A stretch of DNA of 45,196 bases from Ancylonema sp. (taxonomy: Eukaryota): the NCBI GenBank assembly GCA_050230475.1, contig JBFLGF010000171.1, forward strand, positions 1-45,196, written 5' to 3'. Below, piece by piece: positions 34,532 to 45,196 of the stretch; the first letter of the stretch is position 1, and each line of letters begins with the position of its first letter. The position numbers and the translations under genes are program-made. The notes below the pieces were generated by a model that did no database searches, was not told the origin of the DNA, and saw only the letters and a program-made list of their open reading frames with translations.

Positions 34532-36809
34532 TCACCCCCACCGCTCGCAGTCGTGGTTTCCAGCGCAGTTGCACTGGATAATGTGGAAGTTGAGGAGGCC
34601 AAACGAGCAGGGATTCGAGTGTGAGATCCCATCACTGTCTCCATTCACATTCACATTCATGTCGTCTGTATAACTCATCGAGCCCCACCACATTCGCAGG
34701 TGGAAACGAGATGAGTGGCTGGGGAGGATCACGGGCGACAAGGAGCTCATTGCTGTGGCGGGTTCGCACGGTGACTTCCGAAAGCTGGCAGCACGCCTTG
34801 AGGGATGAGGAGATGAGGACAGAAGCAGACCTGGAGTACTGAACTGTTCTCGGAGGTATGGCAGGCAAGAGCAGCACCACTGCCATGCTGGCAGTGTGCT
34901 TGAAGGCCCTTGGGAACGACGTGAGCGCCATTGTCGGTGCGGAAGTACCTCAGGTTCTTTCCTCCTCCACACAAGGTCCCTTCCGACCCTTCCTGACACA
35001 TTGTCTCCTCTCCTCGATCCAGTTCCCCGATGGAGGCAACGCCATGGTGGGGACCAGCTCTCTCTTTGTTTTGGAGGTACCCCGTCCCATTCATCCCCCA
35101 GGACACCGACGCAGGCCTGTGCCGTGGGGAGGCTGAGTGGGTTCCCTCTGCAGGCGGACGAGTACGACGGCTGCTTTCTGGGCGTCCAGCCTTTGTTGGC
35201 AGTGGTCACCAACTGCGAGTGGGAGCACGTAGACATCTTCCCGAACGAGGTACCCCTGCCCCCGCCTCGCTTCCCACTCCTCCTCACGTGCCCCTCTGCC
35301 CCTCTGCCCCTCCGCAGGCTTCTGTCCGTTCCATGTTCCGTCGCTTTGCGCAGCGAGTGCGCCCCAACGGCACGCTGCTGCTCTGCGCAGACGAGTATGC
35401 CTCCCCCCTGCTGCCACCTCCTCACCTCTTGGCTTGCAACCGTAGGCTGAGTGGAGAGTGGGGCGCTGCAGTGCCGGCTCCGTCTCCTTGTCCACCGCCT
35501 TCAAGGAGGCCCCTCACACCCGCCAGGTGGTGACCTACGGCCACTCGCCAGGCTGTGAGTGGCAGGCCATGCTGCTGGCACCCAACCCTCAGGGGGGGAC
35601 GGATTGTGTCGTGGTGAGCAGCTTCTGCCCCCCGCCTGTTGTGGGCACCCCCTCACCACCTCTACTCCTCTGAGGGCGCGACAGGTTCATGAGGGGCGGC
35701 CCATGGCCCGAGTGGCGCTGCGGCAGCCGGGGACTCACAACGTGCTCAACTCTCTGGCAGTGAGGGGGTTTGGCCCACAGGGGAGGGATGTGTAGGTTTG
35801 TGCAATGCTCCGTAGCGACCCTGGCCTGCCCTCTGGCCCCTTTACCCTTCAGGTGATTGCTGTGGCGGCCCTGCTGGCCACCCGCGATTTTCCAGCTGGA
35901 GATGGGTCTGCTGCTGAGGCGGCCCGGAAGAGGGCTGCTGAGGCGGTTGCGCAATGTCTGGGCGGGTTCGAGGGGGTGAAGCGCCGTTTTGAGTGTGTTG
36001 GTCGCGCCCGCGGGTGCGCCATCTTCGACGATTATGCGCATCACCCCACGGAGGTCCGCGCCACACTCCAAGCCGCTCGCCAGCGATTCGATGTGCAGCC
36101 CTTGTGGGTGGTCTTCCAACCCCATACCTACAGGTAGGCGGGTAGGCGGGTGGGCCCATTCCCCTGCCTGCCTGCCGCACCTCACACTCATCCCTCTCCC
36201 CTTACAGCCGGCTGGCCCACCTGCTGCCTGACTTTGCTCCCTCCTTCAGCGCCGCCGACCGCGTGATTGTGACTGAGGTGCGCCCACCCAGCCCAGCCCT
36301 CCCAACCTGTGAGAGTTGGGGATGACAGGTGGTGATGAGGGCAGGTCTACGCGGCCCGGGAGGAGAAGTCGAGTGGCGTGAGCAGCGCAGACTTGGCTGC
36401 CCTCATCACAGGCCCCCCTGCCGTCTATGTGCCCTCCTTGGTAAGCCTGCCTATGGCTGGGGGTAGGTGTGGCAGGAGGGCAGGTGAGGGAAAAGTGTTA
36501 TGTTCTGATGTGCAGGATGACGCCTTGGAGCGGTTGGCGTGGGAAATCACAGTGCAGGACGCGAATGCGGAGGGGTCGCAGAGGGGGGAGATAATTGTGC
36601 TCACTCTTGGGGCAGGTGAGTGGGAGGCATTGGAGGATGGTTTCATGGCCGCCTACGCTTGCAATTCGTGGTCGGCAGTGGTCTGGTTCAGCCGCTTGAA
36701 TATACGTGTCACATGTGTGTTGCTCACAACGGGGGCGCTTGCTGGGGCAGGGGATGTGGGAGAACTCGGGCCACGACTGCTCCAAAAATTGTCGAGAGCT
36801 TCGTCTTAA
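34532..36809 (+). CDS. murC: MurC, partial exon 2 through exon 14 (no start codon or exon 1)
   Basis: Repeats exons 2 (part) to 6, then [50 protein letters not shown] and VLTLGAGDV; stop at 36807-36809. Confidence 0.92.
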
Positions 36810-37358
36810 CCCGCACAATTTGCTTTCCTCTCCCCATTTCGTCCCGCTTCATTCTTTTCAGGGGTGACAATCAATTCCTCCAAATATATTCGCAGTGTGT
36901 CTCATTGAGCATGACATGTGGACGACCTAGCAAATTAAAGCATTTTTCAGGTTGTAGTTTGTGTTTGTAGCTGCCTGTTTGCATGGTATAGGGGGGGGGT
37001 CACCAGATCACTTATGTTCCATCTTGTCTGGCCAGGGTTGCCGCATTTCACCCAATCAGCCATAGCAATATGTATGAGTCGTGTTTCGTCATTTCACAGG
37101 ACAGCAGCAGGAGGCAGGATGCAAACGGACTGTTTCTCTGCCAGTGACTGACCTCTGACCAGTCATTCTCGAAATGAGAGACACAGAACAGCAGACGACA
37201 CTGTCATCTGTACCAGAGTTTCGTCAGGACTATATCTGCAATAAAAATAACATTGCAAAACACTCTTTACATTTTGTAGGACATCCACGGGCAGACAGAA
37301 CTTATGCCCAGGACACAACTTGGTCTCAGAGTTCCTTTAGTGCCAGATACCGTTCCCT

Positions 37359-39212
37359 CTAGTAAAGAACGTGACGAGGCAAGTCTCTGTTCACATTCTC
37401 CCGGAAAGCCACTCTGGTTCTGAACGCCTCCGCCCTCTGACTGGCTTTCACCCCGTTGTCCCTCAGGCGGTTCTTCCTTCCCAGCCACTGAGAAGGTCTT
37501 GTTGCCAGCCCCATGGTTTTATACCTGACCCCACCCCCAATTTACAGTCACTGTCTATTTAGCTCCACGCCCAACTCCCCACCATAATCCAGAAAATGTA
37601 TAAATTGAATAAGAACATGATGTCCCCCCCCTCCACGTTGCTGCAGTCACGAGAATATGTTGTATCCACACCACCTCCCCACTGTTTACACACCTTTCTA
37701 CAAGCGCATTTCTTAGCCCCACATCCCGAGTGTCTGAGGGTCGGGGGCACTGTTTGTAGTAACGGGCAAGCTCCCTAGAGCCCAAGATCTTGGAACCGTC
37801 CTCGCCCTTGATCACCAGCTCATACCCGCTAGGAGCCATCGACACCAATGGGGCAGGGCTCCCCCCACCGATTGCTAGATCCATACTTGCAGAAGACTCA
37901 TAACTGGACAAAATGAACCAATTTGGAAAACCTGAATTCCGTCAAAGACTTTGATGAAGCGAATCCAATCGGAGAAGCTGTGACACTTGCACAGTGGAGG
38001 AGCAGTGGCACACACCACTGCAACGGATTCTATCTCTATATCGATGCAGAACAGGTTTGCTTTACCTCATCGGCACTGAATTATACAATGATCATATTCA
38101 GGATATTGTGTTACAGTGACACGTTTCAGAATAAGAAATCTACAGAGGAACGCATACAGACACAGGCGGCCACATACCTGGAAGAGTAGTCATAGAACTC
38201 TTCCAACTCCTCTTCTGCTACACCCGAGCCATCGCCCCAGCGCAACTTGCAGTGATTTTTGTCCACCATGTGCTTGCGGACGGCTTCCAGACTCTCAAAT
38301 TGCCGGCCCCTCTCGTCGCAAAGCAGACCCATGGAGCCCCTGGAAACCTGCAGCGCCGTACAAACATAGAAGCACACTGCTGATACAACTGTTGGCACCA
38401 ACCATATCTTGGGCCAGAGTCCACAAAAAGTGAAGCTGGAAGTGAATTTCTACATGAGCCGAGACGGGAAAACTGACCTTCAATCCTAAATACTGCAGCA
38501 GTTCTCGCGGCTTTGCTAAAAACTCAGAGTCTGGTACAAAAAAGCCGTGCTGCCGGTGCATGTGCTCCACACATTCTGCACATTCTCCTTCATCCCCCTG
38601 CCTAGCTCGCCAATCGCAAAACAAGCAGCGAGCAGAGTCCCACTCTTCGAGTTCCCCTGCTTCTGCCTCTGCTGCTTGAGACGGGAGGACGTCGCCCTCT
38701 TCTGCTGCAAGGGCCGCTGCTTCATCCTCGTCCATTTCCTCCCAGTCCTCGTCGTCATCGTCGTCCTTGTCCAACATTGACACATTTTTTCCATTTCTAT
38801 CCTTCAACTCAGCCGTACTCGCTGACTCACTCTGGCCACGTACCAGAGCGCCAGAAAGCAACGCCCCCCTGCCGGTAGCTACTCTAGGTCTGAGAACGGG
38901 GGCATTTACAGGCCCCTTATCCTGGACCACAGCGGCTCTTGTTTGATGTGCCCGTGACTGAAGGTGATTGGCATGCGCCTTCGCAGAGCTATATTCCTTG
39001 TCGCATGCGACGCACGCATACAGCTGCCGCTCAACTACGGCGCTCTGTGCTTCCAAAGTTTTCCTTCGAATTTCAAACCACGCTGCCGTAACCCCAGGAA
39101 GCCCAGCCACCTTTCGTGTCAAATTATACCGATGCCACTCCGACCGGTAGTGTTCTCGCTGCACCCCGTCGGTATCAAACGTCTCATTGCAAGAACGACA
39201 CATGCTTGTCAT
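37359..39212 (-). CDS. REIL: REI1-like/ZNF622 60S ribosome maturation zinc-finger protein (4 exons)
   Basis: CRSC..QREHYRSEWHRYNLTRKVAGLPGV, CVACDKEY..HLQSRAH, CLFC..VEHMHRQHGFFVPD, FESLEAVRKHMVDKNHCKL, LGSRELARYYKQ; ends DLPRHVLY*. Confidence 0.95.
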
Positions 39213-39818
39213 GGCTGCAAACAAAGTAACGTAACAGGGCAACGAACCACGCTGTTCAAAGAGCAAGCCCCTGAAATTAAAAAAGGGTTCGCCGATTAAA
39301 AGTCACTACGTCTCAATACAGATGTACGACTGTTGGACAAACAGCGTTCGCTCAATTTACAAAAAAGGCGCCACGTGACGTACGTGAAGGATGCAGACTG
39401 CCCAAAATACAGGTAGTAGAGGTCCACACTGGAGCAACTTGCGAAATACCGTGGTAACTCCGTCTTTCTCAGAGAAGCGATGAGGAAGCAGCTTGACGTG
39501 CCTGCAGCCTGCACGCGTTGAGCCAGAAAAGCCTGACGCGCGCGACTGAGCACGTCGTGGCGCCAGGAATTTAAGGTTTTGCGATTCGTCCCTCTCACTC
39601 GTGCGGCATTTATTTCACGCGTATACATTACCAAATATAATATTTGGTTTCATAATCATCAAATGAGTACCGTACATGATGCTGCAGCTTGCCATTTCTC
39701 AACTCGGATACCGGTATGTTGCTGCGTACCGTGTACCGTATGCCTGCGGGACGCAAGCGTCCCGCTTAAATATTTGAAAATGGGCAGAACATACCAAAAA
39801 ACATAGCATTGTCAGAAA

Positions 39819-40735
39819 ATGGCATCCGCTCATACGGGAACGGGCATCCGTTCTCCACTGGCTTCGCTGGAAAATAGGGCGGGATATGCCCCGGTGATTA
39901 TCAAAGCGGCCGCTGAATCTTGTGCCGAAACAGTCCTGCAAGAGGAAGCCTTACGATTACAGAACGAAATCGACGAGCTTTCCGTAAGAGCATTGTCACG
40001 ACACGTGCAAGGACCATCTCTGCTTCTAGACAGAGTACGGAGGGATCTTGTGCAGCTTCGGCCGAAAATCTCCGCATCGGAGGAAGCGAGGGACGGCAGG
40101 GACGAGATTAGGAACTTGGAAAATGGTGAGATGAGCGACTCGATCTTGAAGTTTGAGAATTTACCTGAACGATACCAGTATACTGCTGGGAAAAGAGCAG
40201 TATCTGCAGAAATGGGGGGCCATGTATTTAACGTGCTTGATAATTCAGCAGAACGTTCTTTAGTTTAGTAATCGTCTTCATTGCTTTAAATCTTCTACTG
40301 GTTTCTAAGCGTACTATACGAAAATGTACCCTCGCAGGTGCGTCTCTTTCCCAGAGGCTGATACGATCCGAGACAACGTATGGTGTGCTTGAAAGACGAC
40401 TCGCTGCTACGCTTATGAAAATTAGTCGAGTTGTGGAGGCAGCTGAGGCGCAGCAGCAGCAGCAGCAACAGGCGCCCTCCTTTGTCGAGCAAGTCATCGC
40501 GGAGCACGACGAGGCGAGTGGATTTGCAGACGCCTGGGAAAGGCAAGAGCCAGCTCACAAAGAGCGGAAGGCATTGGAAGGACATAATGGGAAATGTCAG
40601 CCTGTCACAAGGCCCGTCCATCTCAACAACCAGACTCCCTTGCCAACTGATGCGGAAGAAGGTCCCCACAGAGCTCCCAATCATAATATTCTGTCCAGGG
40701 CCCTGACAAGTCAGGTCCCGCCTCTGGGCTTCTAA
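39819..40735 (+). CDS. Two-exon coiled-coil protein, possibly kinetochore NSL1/Mis14-like
   Basis: Exons 39819-40125 and 40338-40735 join in frame across a phase-1 GT-AG intron. LRLQNEIDELSVRALSRHVQGPSLL resembles the Nsl1 helix as recalled (weak). Confidence 0.55.
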
Positions 40736-41425
40736 ACATTGCTATGTAACACAGAATTGATTGTTTTTTTTAGGGTAGTATTTTCACTCGGGCTGTTTAT
40801 ATTCCGTGTCTCACTAACTCCAATGTGAGAGCTTGATTGTGTCTCTCACATGACGCATTAGTGGTTGTATCGTACTCGCATGTGATATTTTGGTAGGAGT
40901 GTAAAGGCTCTGAGTGTATTTAGGATTCGGAGTGCGTAGTCCATACATAGCGCTGAGTACCCACAATTGTGTGCCAACCGATAGGGAGCGTTTGTGATTC
41001 CATCTCCTGTCTCACCAAGCACCCTGTGTTCATACGAACTTTTGGAGTGTGCCATTGATGTAGACATAGCATTGGCTGCCATTCTTTGGCTGACATGCTG
41101 GTGTGCTTAGAATGGAACTGCGGCTAGAATCAGGTGTGGGTCACGTACTCTTTCAGCTCTGTTTATTTTAGATGTGATGCACAAGTCCACACACTCAGGC
41201 ATACGAGGCTGTAGCTGTAGCTGTAGCGTAGCTGTAGGCTGTACTTCTATGCCAAATCTGTATCGGTGCACCCATGATAGATGACATTCTCTGACCAATA
41301 TTTGACGACCATGGGCGGCATGGATGGAAACAGGTGCGACAGCCTTGTGAGAAACGAGTGAATATGCTTGACAGTGGCGATGGACCTGTGTAGATCAATC
41401 GAGCATAAAATCCAGACATACTGAG

Positions 41426-41969
41426 CAGCATAGTGCGCAACCCCATTTCACGTAGGGTTGGAGGTTGGGTTTGGAAGCAACCCCCCCACCCTTTTGCGAC
41501 CCTTCCCCAATCCGCAACCCGGATTGGAGGATGAACCCGGGCGGGGGGTTGGAAGGGGTTGGGAAATTATTATTAGTGGAGACATTCCTCTTCTCATGAA
41601 AAAATCGAGCTCCCGAATGAAGCACGCCAACTTCCGTTCACATGTGTCAAACGAGTACCACATGTTACACTTGAGAGATAATTAATATCACCTAAAGAAT
41701 ATCATCGGCATAATTTCGCATGCGTCGAAGTCCAATCAGTCTGTGACCAGCCCGGATTTGACCACCCCAATTCGGGTGATATTTCCCCCCAACCCGGGTT
41801 GGCCGTGTTGTGATTCGTCGACCAGGGCTGGCCCTCCCCAACCCGGGTTGGACCACCCCAGCCCGGATTTTATGCCCTTATCGACATGGTCGGGGAACAG
41901 GGTTGGGGGTCGAGGGTTCGGGGGCTGGGGGCTGGATGCAAACCGGGTTGGGGGTTGCACACTATGCTG
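41426..41969. mobile_element. Non-autonomous hAT-type DNA transposon (MITE), 544 bp
   Basis: 19-bp TIRs CAGCATAGTGYGCAACCCC (41426-41444 and 41951-41969, 1 mismatch); 8-bp TSD ATACTGAG/ATACAGAG; internal repeats of CCAACCCGGGTTGG. Confidence 0.85.
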
Positions 41970-42135
41970 ATACAGAGTCATTCCTACTGTCATAATGTCC
42001 TCCACTTCTTATTGCTGTCTCTTTCACCCATTCCGACATTGATGGCACACACAGTCACAATTGAGGGGAGTGGTGCCTACTCCTCACCCTTGAAGCCTCA
42101 ATGAAGGAACAACAGCGGCCTCATCACTGAAAATT

Positions 42136-42137
<2 letters not shown>

Positions 42138-42211
<74 letters not shown>

Positions 42212-42220
42212 GTATATATA
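42138..42220. repeat. (TA)n microsatellite
   Basis: Long TA run with two G interruptions. Confidence 0.97.
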
Positions 42221-42589
42221 GCCAAAGTTATCCCTACGCCAAATGCTTAAGCTATCCTACCAGGACGTCTGGACAGGGCTCATGCATTTATATCAGCACA
42301 GGATTGCATGATGACAATTCCAAAGGTGCCGCGTACAAACCGAATAAAAATTGCCAGGTGTATACAGACTATACGCTAATGCCAGTTTGTAGATATGGAT
42401 GAGGAACTTGTATGAATAGGATTTTGGCATCCACAAAGGCTGCTTCAGTGTCAACATCAATGTCACAAAGTAGTAGAAACTACTTAGTTTGAAGGTTGAT
42501 CTCATGGAGGCCTTTGGCCCCCTCGATACGTACACCAAGCAGCTGACGATGTCTATATACAAACTTGTCCGCCCCACCCCTACTCCATG

Positions 42590-45187
42590 TCAATCCTCCA
42601 CTCTCAGTTTCAGGATCTCGTGCACCATCCGTCGTCTCAGTTGTGGCATATCATCCTGTCAGACGGCACCATCCCCATCTGTCGATCTGTCAGCTCCATT
42701 GTCGGCCAGTCTCTTGCACAAGCAAAGCCGAAATCAAACCAATGATAGCAGTGTCAGGTGACAACAACGGAAAGTCAATCACCAACCTGAGAGAAGTGAA
42801 AGGGTGCGTCCCTTGCTTCGTACTCAGCATACGTCACCATGAACACGCCGCAGTCGCACCTGTTCCGGGGGCCACACAGGAACCCGATGAGGCCGTATCG
42901 TATTCGTACATTCCCGGCTGTTAAGCTGAGTACTACAAGCAATCAAACAATCAAACCTGGATGGGAACGACACGAGGCTCATGCTCATGCTGAGGCACCC
43001 ACCCGTTTTCCTGCGCTGGTATCTCCTGCGGAGCGAAATGTTTCCAGGAGGACACATCCAGGGCCCTCGCGCTCTTGTCTGCCACCTCGTCCACAATGTA
43101 TCTAGCCTGCACCCAGACCCCATCCCCCCAAACTCACATGCGGACATGCGGACATGCGTACATGCATACAGTCACAATGCGCTCCCTGGGTGTGAAGGAA
43201 CATACCAACTGCTGCAAGCATCCGCGGTCATCCCCAACCATGGAGTCGAGGAAGTAGAAGCACTTGTCCCGCATGTTGATGACAGCCAGGGTCCAGTGCA
43301 CCGCCAGGTGGATGGGCACAATGACCTGAACCCACCTCCCTCCGTCACCCACCGATCTCCAATCTCTGTTCCGCTCTGTACCGACCTTGTCGCACTCACT
43401 GAGCGTGTAGCCCAGTTTCTTTGTGCTGGTCCAGCGCTTCACCCCCTTGTAGTCGTACTGCCCCGAGGAGTAGAGCTACACCAGACAGCAGGAGGGTGTC
43501 AGTCTGCAGTGCACAAAAGCGTAATGATGGACCGGCACATAGCACACACCGATACACCAACAGACCGAGGGTAAGTTACCGACTAAAAATCAATTCAATT
43601 CCGTCTTTCAAATGACAGGAGTCCGTATCCGTTGTACAGCTGTTTGTGGTTTGCTTGCAAATCGATCATACCTTGGGATAGAAGAAGCTGTTAAAAAAGT
43701 GACACTTGGGCCGCTGTTTGGGTGTGCGTGTTTCCCTCTCTTTCAGCAGCTCCATGTAAATATTCACAACCTGAACAGCAGCAGGCAGCAAAACACGGAG
43801 TGCTTCACAAGGAGTCGAGAGAGGTGAGGGAGAAAGGGCTACCCCAGCCTACCTCGTCATTGAGCCAGCCTCCAGGCTTCATGACCTTAAGGACCTCCCT
43901 TGTCACAGTTATGCTGGAGCGGAGGTGCTCTACCAGCACGATGCTGCAACAAGGCGGGAGAGAGTGGAATTAAGACCTGACAGCTTCACTGCATGCAACC
44001 ATTATTGATACAAAATATTTGCTGCTTGCGTGGCATACTTGGGTCCAGGAGCCAGTGCCTTGCTGACTTCCTCCTCTGCCTCCTCTGACAACCCCTTGTC
44101 CTGCGCAGCACCTCTCCCAAGAGATGTAAGTTTTTGTCTGGGACCGATTGGTGAGCATCCCGGTATTTGAGAGTGGGTGGTGATGTACCTTCACCACCAA
44201 GCCTTTCTGCAGCTTCTCAGCCAATGCCTCAGAAGCATCCTTCCTCTTTTGAAGCTCTGCTTTTGCTTTTTCGAAGCCAAGCTTGCTAATTTCTTTTTGT
44301 TTCAACACCAGGTCAATCTCCTTTTGCCTGCTTGCTTGAGCTTGAGAGTAGCAAGGATTATTGGCCTCTTGTAGCAGGACACTCCACTTGGCTGGCGTGA
44401 TAATCGCGGTTGCTTCATTCTCCCGTTTGACCTGATCAGGCACTTTCGAGACTCCAGAGCCAAGCTGCAGCTCTGTTGATGAATTATTTAGTTTGTTCAG
44501 CTGCTCATGTACTCCTCCACGTTGGACTATCGTCGAATTCTCCCCATTCGAGTGGAACACTGGCAGTCCACTTACGGCCTTCCTCGTGAGCAGCTGTTGG
44601 TAATTCAAATATTCTTGTGTAGGTTGCTTTACATACTCAATATTGTGCTGTTCTTTTAAGAACGGTGAATGAGACTGTTTCGATGGCAGCCTGAATGCGT
44701 CTTGATGCTGGCTGCCAGACATGCCGAAGTGGCCAGCGAGCAGAAGCGGTGTTTCTACAGAAGAGGGTGACCAACTTTTAGTAGCTGAGGTATGCTCCGG
44801 TCCTAAGACGGACCGAAAAACAGGTGACCCTAGCCACGACCCTTCCGAAGCCTTCCAATCCAAAAAAGGAGATCTGGCTGCGGCGGGGTCGATTTGATTG
44901 CGGAATAAGGTGTTTCGAAAGTTTCCTCCACGACTCTGGTCAATCTGAGATGCTTGCAACTTGGGGGTAGGTAATCGAGCAGGGGAATATAAGACTTTAG
45001 AGTGTGCACCGGGTTTGATATTCCACCCTTGGTTTGTTATGGCGGAACGTTTTTTCGCTGGACTCTCAGTTTGACCTAATAGATAGCTCACGAGAAATCG
45101 TTTCCGTTTCGTTGGAGTAGGCACATGTTCCCGGTAGGGGGGAGGTTCTGCTTCCTTTAACAGGCGAGACCTGTCTAGCCTCGTCAT
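42590..45187 (-). CDS. ULP1: ULP1/ESD4-like SUMO protease (peptidase C48), multi-exon
   Basis: PGGWLNDEVVNIYMELLKERE, CHFFNSFFYPKL, YDYKGVKRWT, VPIHLAVHWTLAVIN..FLDSM and PAQENGCDCGVF (catalytic H-D-Q-C intact); stop at 42590-42592. Confidence 0.95.
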
Positions 45188-45196
45188 TCTATAAGT

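Larger units (their letters stand above)
26142..35316 (+). repeat. Diverged head-to-tail duplication: unit A 26142-31270, unit B 31278-35316 (B lacks ~1145 bp)
   Basis: Colinear similarity across the Zn-finger gene, PPD3, the intergenic DNA and murC exons 2-6; 7-nt filler ACACGAT at 31271-31277; deletion junction CAGGCTC at 34525-34531. Confidence 0.95.

Noticed and set aside
29985..36809. murC as bacterial contamination or recent horizontal transfer
   Set aside because: It has 14 exons with spliceosomal introns, a transit-like leader and eukaryotic neighbours; plastid Mur genes are known in this lineage.
26015..36809. Functional cluster of three plastid-targeted genes
   Set aside because: Mixed orientation and unrelated known functions; adjacency alone is not evidence without synteny data.
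42785..42830. Apparent frameshift in the ULP1 catalytic exon
   Set aside because: Re-reading gives RDAPFHFSQ in frame with a normal GT donor.

Overview
Intron-rich eukaryotic nuclear DNA, most consistent with a streptophyte green alga or non-seed plant: GC-rich genes with mostly 70-150 bp introns, a nuclear murC and a PsbP-domain gene (organism inferred, not identified). Gene order: VPS3/TGFBRAP1-like (5'-truncated, +); an AT-rich intergenic block with a Ty3/Gypsy integrase-PHD relic and a ~365-bp-arm inverted repeat; SERAC1-like (-); ORTHRUS/VIM (-); decayed ORF fragments; a disrupted TTC4/Cns1 gene with an AT-AC U12-type intron (-); a putatively plastid-targeted DnaJ-type zinc-finger gene with an inserted Trp-rich TIGR02450/DUF2389-like domain (+); PPD3 (-); murC (+), split by a diverged ~4-kb second copy of the Zn-finger/PPD3/murC block; REI1-like (-); a 2-exon coiled-coil gene, possibly NSL1 (+); a hAT-type MITE; and a ULP1/ESD4-like SUMO protease (-). 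Exon boundaries were read by hand and family calls come from recalled motifs; no database search was run.
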